Of a stretch of 64,000 nt of DNA, positions 28,071-41,635 are shown one piece after another. The notes beneath the pieces were generated by a model. The model had not been told where the DNA came from, did not search any database, and worked only from the letters and a program-made list of their open reading frames with translations. Within the stretch, counting starts at the first letter, position 1. Each line of letters starts with the position of its first letter. Source of the stretch: Chrysomallon squamiferum (Eukaryota > Animalia > Mollusca); NCBI GenBank assembly GCA_012295275.1, contig CM022678.1, positions 12,400,001-12,464,000 of the forward strand, given 5' to 3'. Position numbers and translations under genes: made by a program.

Positions 28071-29494
28071 CAGGTAAAAAGGGAGATATTTCACTTCTGA
28101 GTTCTGTTTGTGAGAGTCTCAAAAACTTTAAAGAAATTCTTCAGACAGAGATGGATGATAAGATTGAGCAGCTTCGCCAAGCCGTCGACATCAACGTCGT
28201 GGACACCACAGAAGAGGTCAGAAGGATTGGTAACACACTAATCACAGATTTCACAGACGCAGTCCACAAAGAACAAGATAGGCTAATAAGAGAAATAGAA
28301 AAATCTCAGAACTTTGTAACCTCAGAAATAGAAAAATTGTTTAGTGAACACAAACATCTGATTGATGAAAATGAAAAGTTTATAAAACTTGGTGAACATT
28401 TGTTAAAAGAAAAATCAGAGTCAGACATAAAAATAAATCTTCCAAAATTCTCCAAATTTCAAAACACAACTTCAGAGTTTCTGTCAAATTCTCTTTCACA
28501 AATAGAAAAAGCAGAATTCAAAATAAATCTCAGAAAATCTGAAAAAAGGAAAGATATTTCTGTACATATTGGTGAAATTACCACAAATATCCAAACAGAC
28601 ACACAGATAAACAGAGTGACAGACACACTCAAACACATAGACACCACTAACACAAAAACACAACACACAGACATACAGATAGACAAACAGAGAGACACAC
28701 TCAAACACACAGACACCATTAACACAAAATCACAAGAAGATAAAAAAAATCCTTTTGTGTTTTCCATCCTGGTGTCAGGTGAGGACAAGAGTAAAATTGT
28801 CGTTAGTGATAGAAACAATAGCTGTGTAAAATGTTTTTGTTTAGAAAGAAAATCACTGATAAACAAACACGTGACTTCCTCTTATCCATGCGGTCTTGCT
28901 GAGTCACGTGATCAGCAGGGTGATGTTGTTGTTGTCGTTGTTCTGCCACGTGAAAGTAAAATATTGTTTTTAAATTTGGAAAACTTCAAACTGATAAAAA
29001 CAATTACAACTGATAAACAGTATAGGTTTATCGCTGTATTACCCGGCAACCGTCTCGCGGTCACTGAGATCTTTAGTCAGTGCTTGGACATACTGTCAGA
29101 CAGTGGTCAGCTCATTAATTCTATCTCAGATGATTTGATCCCCAGACCGTGGCTTCTCACAGTTCACGATCAATTTATGATTGTTGTGACAAAGAGAGAT
29201 TATCTGAACAGTTTATTTTGTGCGACGTCATCAGGTGACGTCAAATGGGAGTCACGTGATTCAGACAAACTGAGAAACTTGACAGGTGTTACATGTGATA
29301 GGGAGGGAAATCTTTTTGTTTGTAGTTTTAGTAGAAATTGTGTTGTTCAGTTGTTACGAGATGGTAGCATTACACGTGACATCCTCACATGCCAGGATGG
29401 ACTGTTTAGTCCTAAGTGTGTCTGTTGTGATGACAACAAACTCTACGTGGAAACTAACAATGAAATAAAAATCTTTACTTGGTTTAAAAAGTAA
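27504..29494 (+). CDS. TRIM-like E3 ubiquitin ligase, RING(C3HC4)-coiled coil-NHL/beta-propeller, no B-box; join(27504..27789,28074..29494), 568 aa
   Basis: Intact RING CCLCLGIFDKPRGLSCGHSFCSKC...CPFCR. Phase-1 intron with donor GTGAG at 27790 and acceptor CAG ending at 28073. Heptad-rich region followed by NHL-like blades (IVVSDRNNSCVKCF, LTGVTCDREGNLFVCSFSRNCVVQL, DGLFSPKCVCCD). No internal stops. AATAAA at 29563 and 29697. Confidence 0.9.
28592..28735 (+). repeat. In-frame 72-bp (24-aa) CA-rich tandem repeat x2 inside the TRIM CDS
   Basis: Units translate as QTDTQINRVTDTLKHIDTTNTKTQ and HTDIQIDKQRDTLKHTDTINTKSQ. Confidence 0.8.
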
Positions 29495-31089
29495 ACTTCA
29501 AACTAAGTTAGTTTCACTTAACTGTTTTGAAGTTGAAAGTCCACAGACATTTCTTTCTGATAAATAAACAGAAAATCAGTTATTTATTTATTGTAAAGTA
29601 ATTCATTTAGTTAATTTGTTTACTTTCTTTATTTTTATTTTTAAATATGTTATTTATTTATTATGAATTACTTTGTTTAACCTTGCTAAATTACAAAATA
29701 AATTTCACTTTGAAACAAAATCTCTCTCTCTCTCTCTCTTTAATCTAAACTATTATTTTGTAAAGTAGTTTATTTCAAATATATTTGTACATATTACAAT
29801 GTAATCAGTCAAAAGTGCAATAAAATATTGATAATAAATAAACTTCTTCTGTCTTCATTTCATTTAAATTTTAAAACTATTTTACGTTGTTTCGTGAACT
29901 CTTTGTCTGTATAGCTTCTATATATTCACCTAAATGTATGTATGTCTGTATAATATAATTAATGTGCATAATATCAGTGTAGAACAAAGTAGTTCACTGA
30001 TGAGTTTTATTATAAATTTAATATTAACAGCTAATACAAATTATTATTTTGGAGATCCCTAGCATTTTCAACATGTGAAAAAGATATGTGACACTTTCCT
30101 CGCGGGTCGGGAGAAATGTTTCAACACGTGCAAAAGGTGCGCGCCGTTGGCCCTCGTGTGGGAAAAAAGTTTCCAACATTAACATTTTTATTCAGCTTGA
30201 CATATTTTATAAATTTCTCTCTTAGACATGAGGTGAAGTTTAATTTTTTTATTATTTATTTTTTAATCCAAAGAAAGAAATAAACAAATAAATGGAAAGA
30301 AGAAAAAAGAGAAACACACACACACACACACACACAAAATAAAAATAAAATCAGAGAAACAACCGCACAAATGAAAACTGCTAAGCCAAGGAAAAAAAAA
30401 AAAAAAAAAATCAAAGAAAGAAAAAACAAACTCACAATCAGTTTTTAAAATGTGACTAAATGTGAAACTGGATACCTCACTTGAGGATTACAAACACGTG
30501 TTTTAAATCCGGGTGTTAGCGATCATGTTTCGTCTTTTTTGTTTGGGATATCTAGATGTATGTGTATATTGTGTTATGTGTGTTTGGTGAGTGTTTGATG
30601 TGTAAGGGGTGTGTATGTGAGTGTATATGTAGGGTATATGTGTGTTTGTTTGTGTGTGTGTGTTGTGTGCGTGCTTTCTCACAACTCAAAAAGTAGAAAG
30701 AAATAAAATTAAGTAAGAAATACCAACATTCCAATATAATGTAATAAAATGTATAAGAAAAAACAAAATTACAAAAATAAATTAGAGTAAACATGTATTT
30801 CAGAAGTGTGTGACTTGTAATAAATAAAATACAAATACACAAGAACAAACAAACCCAGTTATAAATCTGCAAGCTTTTATGAGATCCACAGTGTAAAATT
30901 ATGTGACCACAATTTACATTGTTATTTAGACACAGTATTTCACTATACAGTTATCTTGCCTAGATGAAAAACATTTACTGTAACTCAGTTTATTAAATTT
31001 AGGCAAATACAGATCTATATAAAACTATGCCCTGTATGTAGTAGATTAAAATTATTATCAGCTTAGTATTATTAAAATTATTCATGTAC

Positions 31090-31123
<34 letters not shown>

Positions 31124-31159
31124 AGATAATTAATTTTAAAAGATAGATATTATCTTATT

Positions 31160-31196
<37 letters not shown>

Positions 31197-32408
31197 CATT
31201 ACATTTAGCTAAATGAAACCACATTAATTTAGATGCAAACTGTAAGAAATACATTTTTCTAGATATTCTTTGATTTAGATATAATCTAATATTTCTGTAC
31301 CTATATAACATTGTTTTTTGGGTTAGTATATTTAATAGTATCATCAATCTAAAATTATTCAAAATGATATGTTTTAGAGATTTCTATATGTTTAGATTCT
31401 AACTTGATACTAAAATACTTTTAAAAATTAATTTGTTTTATATATAATCTGTACAGTTATGCATATTCATTCTGCATCCATTAGTATAAAAGTGAAATCA
31501 AATATTAGTTCTATAGCCCTACATTTCTGCAAATTTTCTTAATATATTAATAATATATTTATCTCTTATAAAGGATGAGAGTTTCTTGGTGTATTTAAAA
31601 ATGTATAAAGTTGATTTAGTTTTCTTTATTAATGAAATTGTTGTGAACTGCTGATCATGTGTATTGTAGAGATGTGATTGCTCACCACAGTTTCAAAATA
31701 GTAACTTAAAACTGGTTAATAATAATAATAATAATAATATATTCCTGCCACTAGCTTCTGGTAATCAAAACAGAACATGGTTTTTACTGAAAGAAATGTT
31801 CATGAGTTTTACACATTTTACTTTGAAATATTCTTTTCTTTAACACTTAGCACTGTAGAACTTAAATTCATCATGAAACACAACTCGAAAATTCCAGATG
31901 TGTAAAACACAACTCTTCTTTTTGTAAATAAATAGTCATTTATAATTAAGAAGCAATATACAGAAACACATTATTATAGAATTAAATAAGTTTTGAATGC
32001 AGAAACTGTGATACAGCCTGATTAATCATGTTAAAAATATTTCCCATCTGAAAACACTTGCACCTTCACCTGACAGTGATTTGAAATACGAGTTCATTCT
32101 AGATTTTATTTTACACCCTATGAATTAAAGATCTCAATATTCTGAAAATGATTAATTATTTTAAGCTGATCATTTCTAGATTATATATATCAGAATTTAA
32201 AAAATAAAAATATTTTAAATTAGCATATTTAAACAAGCATCTTTTAACTGGCACATTCAAATTAACATTTTCCCATTGGCATATTTATATTTTAAAGTGG
32301 AAATTTGCTTGTATAAAACTATGATGTTCTAGTCAGCATATTTAAAATCAGCTTTAAAACTGCACAATAAAAGATAAAATTCTTAAAATTCGAGTGTAAG
32401 TACAAAAT

Positions 32409-32472
<64 letters not shown>

Positions 32473-32545
32473 CTTACTACAAAACTAATCTAAATCACAT
32501 TAATTGATACAATGATCATTAAAAGTTGTTTTCTCACATTAGCAG

Positions 32546-33526
32546 GTGAATTGTCTGCTGCTTCATCTCCAGGTTCAAGTAGAAGCTGTAAACTTTCATC
32601 AGCTTCTACAACCACTCAGATCCATCAGCAGCCACATTCAGACTGCGAATCAAATCAGTCTTACCATATGTATGTCTGGGCAGACACAGAAGCTCATCTC
32701 CCTGCAAAACAGAAAAGGAACGATCCACATTTATTCTAGTCACAAGACAGAATGGATGCATTTGATTGTTTTTTTACAGGTGAAGAAGCTTAAAATAATT
32801 TTTTATTTATTTCTTTTTTACTTCATTTTTAAAACAAAACCAAAAGAAATCTTATCATTAAGTTAATTACTTATATAAATCAATTATTAATAATTATGTA
32901 AATAAAAAAAGAGAAAAATTAAAGTATAGTGACTGAAAGAAAAAATCCAAAATAAACAACAACAGAAATAAATAAATAAATAAATAAATAAATAAATATA
33001 TTTCCCATTGCTTTTTATTCTGCCCCTTTTTAAAAACATTTTCATTGTCTTACAATGTGAAAAAGAACTGAGGACATTGTTCCTGTAACCAACCATTTGT
33101 CAATTACCTTCTGAAACCAATAATCCATGTGTGATTATCTCTGATCCATTTTTTTCTAATCACCGATCCATCTTCTAAATACTAATCAGTATATTCTAAC
33201 CGTTTATCAGTATGAGCTAACCACTAATACAACATTTCAGAGACCATCTTCCTTGATACTGTCAGTGCTTATTAGAATATCAGCTTATTAGAATAATAAT
33301 AATCATAATCATAATCATAATATTAATTAATAAATACTTCAGTGGTTTTTTTATAAGCATCTGAACAAGTAATTCTTGCATACATTTAAATGTGGAAAAT
33401 TCCATGCAGTGGATTCAAAGTCACATGGTTTATTGTGAAGATCAGCAAAGAGCTGTTTAGCACAATGTGATGATTTAGTTCAGTTAAAGAGAACATAATG
33501 GAGCATGAATAAATATGTAAGTAAAA
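32546..33526 (+). pseudogene. Orphan exons of an unidentified gene
   Basis: 32546-32779 is a fully open 234-nt phase 0-0 exon (VNCLLLHLQVQVEAVNFHQLLQPL...HKTEWMHLIVFLQ) bounded by CAG and GT. A frameshifted exon-like segment at about 33390-33526 (VENSMQWIQSHMVYCEDQQRAV/LAQCDDLVQL) ends at a GTAAGT donor. Confidence 0.45.
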
Positions 33527-34071
33527 ACTATTAACTGACATATAAACATTATTACTAAACTCTTTCTTTTTTTGGTGGTTTGTTGTTGTTTTCTTAGTTT
33601 TTTTAAAACAATGGATTAAAAAACCCTGCATAATGCAGTCACCAACAAAGAGGTCTTTTTTAGACAGTGTCTGTTTTACTATATTGGAAAATTTGGACTA
33701 TTAACAACAGGATTGCTAATACAGTGACTGCTGTAGCAGATTTAATTGTGTAGTAAATGAACAAAGTAGTGACTAGATATAAATAAGTAGTCAGTGAATA
33801 GAAGCAAATAAGATAAAATTGAAAAACAAGCCAAATATTTAAAAGTGAAATATTTAAAAATAAAAGAACAATACAGGAAATTGTTAAAAATAATAATAAT
33901 AAAATAAAATAGAAAGATGAAAAGAAAGAAAAAAGTTAATAAAATAAATCAATTAATTAATTAATAAAAGTTTGATCTCCACAACAAAATTTGTGTCTAT
34001 GTTATTCTATCATGCAGGAGTTTTATCTAATATTAATTTTAAAATTATTTTTATAATGATGCAGAAAACAC

Positions 34072-34127
<56 letters not shown>

Positions 34128-34336
34128 TTAATGCAACTAAAATTAAGCCTAACAAGACACAAATGTAACAATTTTGACTTTTCTAAAAATAAGACTAAAT
34201 CTTCCGTCAATCTGTTATCAACCTACACCTTCATTTCACAGTGATCATTTTCAAACTGTGAGAAGAGATTTTTAAAACAAGTGAACTGTCACTAAATGAG
34301 GAGGAAATGTGGATGTGTTTTAAATAAAACACTTAC

Positions 34337-34546
34337 AGGAATGACAGGAATCGGCCAGGATCTCAAGACATTTCAGCAAACTCTTCTGCAAGCTCTTTGA
34401 AAGATGGATGGCTTTCTATATCCAACCTGAAAATTTGTTTTATTAATCCCAAAATATCCTGAGTGATTTCAACCATGTAATACTGGACACACACACACAC
34501 ATGCCTTAGAGTATATATGTTTGTAATTAAATGAATTAAGATGCTC

Positions 34547-34609
<63 letters not shown>

Positions 34610-35990
34610 CCTGTGAGTGTGTATGTGTTTGCATGTGTTTTTTCTTACTTAATTAAATTATTACTTATTTACTTTATTTATTATCATTAATATTAGCATT
34701 ATCTTTATCATTATCATTATCGTCATTGTCATTTAATTATTATCATCGTCATTGTCATTTAATTATTATCATCTTCATCATCATTATCGTTATCATCATC
34801 ATTATCATCACTGTAATTATTATTATTATTATTAGTATTACGATGTGTTATAATTTGCTGTTTTCATATACATACATAGATCCAACATCTATACATATGT
34901 ATGGTTATACATAAGATTCAGATCAAAATTTTTGTTTCAGTGTCTTTGCCATGACAATGTTTATGACAAGGCTACTTACACTTGATCATGATGATGTAGA
35001 TGTAGATGGAGCAGATTGGAGGCTGTGGCAGTCACTCTCCACTCTCCAGGAAATGGAGAACTTCGTGGATGTTGTCATATTGTGTTTGACCAAACATAAA
35101 CAGTTCCCACACAGTAACTCCTGAACAACAAAAAAAAAAAAATTAGTTACATCCATCGGTTTCAAATTTGTTTACATTCTGTATCAGTGAAATATTTTCA
35201 CAAAGCAAGACTAGAAAAATTAAGATTCAATATATCGTTAATGAACGTGTAATATTAATTTTCGTACTTTATTATTATTAAAAAATATGAATTTCAATAT
35301 GACTCAGAGAAATGTGTTTAGACTGTTTGCTCTTCTAAGTACACTTTATTATATATATTTTTCATTTTACAAGCAGTGTTAAAATTGATGCATCTTACAT
35401 GAATATCATATTCAAATATCATTTCTGCATTAAAATTATTAAAAAAAGAAGAAAAAAGATAAAAAGGTTATTACCACAATTCCAGACATCAGTTTTGTGT
35501 GTGAATTTTCTGTCGAGAGCTAACCACTTGATTAGCATCTGAAACAGTGAAAAAGAATAAAATCTCGTTTTTCATATATTTTCCAGTTTATAGCATAATA
35601 TATCTCAAATTTAATTTTTTTGAAATTTTAGCATATCAATATTCCCAATTTATAAAAAAAAAAAAATGAATTAAGACTATTCCAAGTTTCAGTTTTTAAC
35701 TTCCCTATTAATAAGAAAATTGAATTTCAACTATTCAGAATTTCAGTTCTTCAGTGTTCCCTGTTAATAAAAAAACAGAATTTAAACCAATTTATCAGTG
35801 TTTTTGATTACTAAGAAATGTGAATTACTACTATTCCATTCACTTTTCCACCACCAGCTTAGTACTCTTCCTCACTGTAATCAAGAAGTTTAGCTAATCC
35901 AAAATCTGTGATCTTCACCTGATTCAGGGTTTGTACTGTACAAAGATAAAAAAAAAAATAAATAATAAAATTTTATTCACAATTTCAGTG

Positions 35991-36071
<81 letters not shown>

Positions 36072-37553
36072 CGTTATTACTTTTATTATTCCTATTATTA
36101 GTACTTTTATTACGTTTATTATTGTTCTATTATTACTGCATGAAATTGTTATAAGTACTATTATTTGAAATCTTGAAAATGTATTTACTTATTTATTATT
36201 TATTGTTTTGTAAAGCTGACTAACAAAGATTCTAATTAACCTTTAAAAGGAAAAAAAATATTTTTTTAAATAGAGGAAGAAAAAAAAAACTACTTTCTAT
36301 TGGATCTAGAAAACAAAACAAAAAATAAACAACTATAAACAAACAAAAAAAAACAAAGCAAACAGACAATCAACAAAATGTGAAATCAAAACTTTATTAA
36401 AATAATTAGTTGACAAAGAATGCTCACCAAGTTCATTTTTAGCAGCTAGATCTCTATGGACAATTCCCCTTTCCTCTAAATAAATCATTCCCTGAAAACA
36501 ACACAGTTTATATGTGTTGTGTATATGTGTGATTAAGCATGTGTTTGTATGTCTCTGTGTGTATCTGTGTGTTGTCTGTATATGTATCTGTGTTGTCTGT
36601 GTGTTGTGTGTGTCTGTGTGTATCTGGGTGTTCTGGGTGTGTCTGTGTGTATATGTCTATGTTGTGTGTTTATGTCTGTGTGTATCTGTCTGTTGTGTGT
36701 ATGTGTCTGTGTGCATCTGTCTGTATCTGTGTTTGTGTGCATTGTGTGTATATGGGTGTGTTGTGTGTATATGGGTGTGTTGTGTGTCTGTGTGTGTGTG
36801 TGATGTGTATCTGTGTGCTGTGTGTGTATATATGGGTGTGTATGGATATATATTTGACAGCACTCACACTGGCTATCTGAGTACATCAGTTGAGGAGGAC
36901 TTTAGATCCAATGTGGTCTTTGTTTTTTCTCACGAGAACACAGCCAAGTGACATCAGCTGAGTGATCAACATCATCTGTGCCGTCATGCACACTGCGAGG
37001 ATTTTGACACAACAGGGAGGCTTCACTGACACCATCACCCATGTCTCCTCCAACAGCTCCTTGATCTGGTTAGGATCATCCTGTAATTCTTTAATAGCTT
37101 CTTGACATTTTCTCATTCTGGTATCCAGTATCCCTGGTTAATAATAATAATAGTAATAACAACAACAACAATAATATAATAGTAATGATAATAATAATAA
37201 CAATAATAATGACAGTAATAATAGTAATAATAATAATAATAAAAGTGAAGGTAATACTAATAACAATAATAATAATAGTAATAGTACTAGTAGCAGTAGT
37301 AGCAACACTAATGATACCAAAGGTAATAATGTAAGTAGTAGTTGTGATAGTAGCTGAAGTTGTAGAAGTATTTTTAGTAGTAACATTATAATTAACATCC
37401 ATCAGCTTGTGGTTGGAGGTAGAAAAAGATATGTAATTTTATTCTCACCTTATATACCATTCCAAATGCTCTGGAGCCAACAATTCCTCCTTGTTTCAGT
37501 TATAATTCTTTTATCAGTTTAAGCTGGGTGGGGTCAGAAACAAACCCCTATAA
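34337..37553 (-). pseudogene. EGFR: Unprocessed EGFR/ErbB tyrosine-kinase-domain pseudogene (7 exons)
   Basis: Exons: 37449-~37553 (LKLIKEL*LKQGGIVGSRAFGMVYK), 36868-37133 (GYWIPE*ENVK/AIKELQ..QLMSLGC..IGSKVLLN*CTQIA), 36428-36491 (GMIYLEERGIVHRDLAAKNEL), 35844-35935 (VKITDFGLAKLLDYSEEEY*AGGGK), 35475-35538 (IKWLALD..FTHKTDVW), 34980-35120 (GVTVWELFMFG..GE*LPQPPICSI..IMIK) and 34337-34426 (HPSFKELAEEFAEMS*DPGRFL). Multiple stops, frameshifts and deletions. Confidence 0.95.
36510..36845. repeat. Degenerate (TG)n/TGTC/TGTA microsatellite in an EGFR-relic intron
   Basis: Read directly; it explains the several spurious V/C- and H/T-rich ORFs in the track. Confidence 0.9.
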
Positions 37554-39400
37554 CTGAGATTATTACAGTTTTCTTCTTTTCATCAGTGTGAAAATAGAAC
37601 AAAACATTCAGAAAATCTGAAACTATGTAAAATGAATATAATACAATAACTAATAATAATAATAATAATAATATAAATAATAATAATAATAATAACAGTA
37701 ACAATAAAAACAAAATAAAAATAATTCCTCATGTAAAAGCTGGTAACGTATTTTCCAAATCCCAGAGCTCCACAGCTGATTTATCAAAGCTGTTTATGAG
37801 AAGGTTCACATAAAATAGCCCTTCCTGCTGATCAGTAAAAACAGACCATGTGTCAGATGGTTTCTACTGTCTCTTATCAGCATCAGGCTTAATATTTAAT
37901 ATTCTCAGTAAACCACTCATTTCACTCACTGAGCAATTTGACATTCAACACTAAATTAACTTGTTAATTAACTAGCTATGTTTTCAGTTAATATTTTAAT
38001 TATGACTGCTTTTGAGTTAAATCCTATGTTAACAAATACCCATTTAGATTTATAATTATCTTAGTTGATAACTTAATGGGAATATAAATATCTTAGTTAA
38101 TTAGTTTTCTTGTTACTCAAGTTAATTAACTCAGTTAATAAGGTTAATCATGTTATTTAGTTAACTGACTAAGATAATAAATGAATTGTTTCAGTTGTAA
38201 AACTTAATTAACTCAGTTAATACGGTGACACAGGGCCCGCACCTTTAAACATCTTGGATGCTTTATTAAGGCTCAGCCTAAGGTAACAAGGTGCTTTAAT
38301 GGCCACCTAACAAGGAATATAAATGATAAATTGACAGAAATCTATGTAACTCAATAAGTCTGTCTATCCACTAGACAAATAAACAGAACACAAGTTAACA
38401 TTCATTCATTCACTCATTCATATAGTTTGTAAAAACAATGGTTATAAAAAATCTCAAAGTTCTCTAAAGATAAGCTTTCATCCCTGTCCATTTCACAAAA
38501 AGAACTGACATAATTTTATAAGCAGATGATATCAATACACATAATTACAAATGAAAGGATTTTTTTTTAATTTTTATTTTTTTTTATCTGTTACCATTAT
38601 TTTTTTTGTTTTTTTATTTTTAATTTTTTATTTTTTTTGTTATATGTGAGCCTTTCCATGAGCATCAACACAAAAACCAACTACTTTATTTAAACCTAGG
38701 TATCATAATTATGTATATACACTTTATGAACAGGGAAAGACAGTGAAAGACAGAAAGAAAGTGAAAGGGAGAATCAGAAAGACTAGGAGAAAATTACAGA
38801 TAGTGAGAGAGAAATAAAAAAGACAATGACATCATAACTAAACCTGACTTTTACCTGCAGTTCTGTACTTTTAACATCATCAACTTTTATGTTAATTCTT
38901 GACACTATGAATGGTTGTCCAAATATCTTAGCCTAGATAACAATAAACACATTTTTTTAATTATTCATAATAACCATTGTTAGTGTTAAAGAACTATGTT
39001 ACAGTTGGGAGAAATATTTACAGAACAAATTGTCAAAACAGATAGATATTTACAGATTATATGTTCAGACATATATATATATATATACATAGATAGATAT
39101 ATAGGTAGATATATAGATAGACAAACAGACTAAGTTACATAAAGTCACAGACTTACAGAGAGACAGAAGGTTAGAAAGATAGACAAATATAAGATAAAAG
39201 AATACAGAGGTACATAGATATATTTATTTAGGAGGTAAAAGTATTTAGAGACTGGTAGATATTGGGTAGATAGGTAGGTTGATAATGTAGACCAACAACA
39301 GACAAACAGACAAAGTAGACCAACAACAGACAGACAGACAAAAGATAGGTTATTGTAGACACTGGTAAACAGATATTTAGTTAATAGGACTAGGCAGACA

Positions 39401-39437
<37 letters not shown>

Positions 39438-40764
39438 CAGAAAGAGCAAGAGAAGCTGACAGATTGGGAGTAGTAGGTAAACCAAATGACATTTATATAT
39501 AATTAATCAAACACTGGTGATTTAAATGGAATACCTCTACTCTGTTGTAATAATCTATAGCCTTGTCTACAGATACACAATCAGACATCAGTGTCCATGC
39601 TATTCCACTGTTTGAATGAGTAACTGGATCCTGGCAAATTGAAACAGTAGCAGTAGTATTAGCAGGAGTGGTAGTAGTAGTAGTAGTAGAGGTAGTAGTA
39701 GTAGTAGTAGTAGTAATAATAGTTTTAGTAATAGCAGTATTAGCAGGAGAGGAGTAGGAGTAGCAGTTGTAACAGAAATAGAAACAATAGTAGTATTTGT
39801 AATAGTTGTAGTTGTAGTAGTATTAGTAATAATAAGAAAAATACATTATAATAAGACTAATAACGATAATAATAATAATAATACAAAAATGTTAAAATAA
39901 TAATCATAATAAGAAATTACATTATATTAACAATAAAAAAGTACAGTGTATGATAATAATACAAAATAAGGTACTAACAATAAAATTCACAATTAAATAA
40001 CAGGATTCTAAAAGAAGAAAAGAATATATATAAATAATAGCTTGCCATTTTAAGGTATTAACAATTAACAATCAAGAATTATAAAGAAACCCAAAAACAA
40101 AAACAAGAACAAGAACAGAGAGAGAGAGAGAGAGAGAGATGAACATAGAGAAGCTTCAAGTGGGAGAGACAAACAAATATAAATATTCATAAATAAGCAG
40201 AATGTGATGTTTATTATTAGATATATAGAAAGATAGATAGATAGCCGTGAACTGTAATTACCACTCACCATAACCTTTCACCATGGTTGCAATGTCAAGG
40301 ACATCACCTAGTGACAGTGTCAGAAGTTGACTGTTCCTTTATCTGTGAGAATAGCTGGACAGTGCATCATATTACCCAGCATTCCTAGAGCAAAATAAAT
40401 AAATAAATAAATGAGATGACAAATTTCAATAAATATTAATGTCAAAAATAAAAACTAACTATAACTGTTTACTGGGATATCCTCCAAGTGCTGTTCCTTT
40501 AATCAGGAAGCTGTCTGCAACTGAAGGGAGACAACTACAAGATGATTCTACTGTTCCTACTGCACCTCTGTTAAAACTACATAGTTGCTATTATTATTAA
40601 TACTACTGCTACTATTACTAAACTAGTTATTATTACTACTGCTGCTACTACTACTATTACTAAACTAGTTATTACTACTGCTGCTACTACTATCTACTAC
40701 AACTACAGCTATACTGACTCCTTTTCTACATTAGCTTTTATTATCACTATCCTACTATGTTAGC

Positions 40765-40821
<57 letters not shown>

Positions 40822-40829
40822 TATTAGGG

Positions 40830-41520
40830 ACTGAACTAAAAGCACAATCTAAAGATACATCAACACCATTATTGTGTCTGAGGTTTTTTCTCGTTGTTTA
40901 CATGTAAAGTGCTTGGGAAATTCCTCCAAGACACATGGGACATTAATATATGGTAAACACTGTCACTGGTGCTTTCTTAAGGAATCCAGGACAGTAATGG
41001 TCTGCCAGTATTGGTCAGGGTGTAAAATGTTATCTGTTTGTCTGAGGTGATAGAGAGTTCAAGAGAGAAGAAAGAATATCAAGCAAGGGAGAAAGATGTT
41101 TGAGACAATTCTCTGCATTGTGATTACTATACTTTTATAAGATTGTACTGTTACTGTATGTCATGAAGTATAATAGCAGAGGAAATAAAGATGTTACTGA
41201 AATGGAACTTGTGTAGTTTTTGTGTGAGGGTGTTGTATTCACAAATGGCATTGCCGACAGGATTGTCAGTTGTTTAAGTTTAGACAATTGTCAAATTTAA
41301 CAATAGACAGTTGGTAAATCTGAAATGAGAACAATCAAGACACAATTAAAGTGTGAGGCAGCTGCACTTTCCAGAAATATGCAGATGAAGACGAAGTGAA
41401 GATGATTGATGGAAAATGAAAGAAAGGGATAATTATCACAGAAAATACATTAATGAACTTAATTGTGACAGAGCCATTACTAATGCAGTAATACTGAGAA
41501 GTATGATGTTTCCTGAATTC
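40830..41520 (-). mobile_element. Possible highly decayed L2/CR1-type LINE fragment
   Basis: GC-richer intronic island whose minus-strand 3' end runs into an (AAT)n tract at 40765-40825. Only faint endonuclease-like translation. Confidence 0.25.
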
Positions 41521-41579
41521 TGAGTTGCAAAGGAACAGAAAAACAAAGAACATTAACACAACAACTGTGGAGAGGGGGG

Positions 41580-41635
<56 letters not shown>

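Noticed and set aside
27432-28073. Poly-Leu and hydrophobic N-termini of ORFs 27432-27839 and 27995-29494 as signal or TM segments
   Set aside because: They are intronic (TTA)n/(TTTA)n tracts upstream of the acceptors at 27501 and 28073.
30066-30178. Two imperfect ~53-bp GC-rich direct repeats
   Set aside because: Only two diverged units, with no TIR/TSD or RNA structure I can support.
36514-36951. Several overlapping ORFs rich in V/C or H/T
   Set aside because: Translations of a (TG)n microsatellite.
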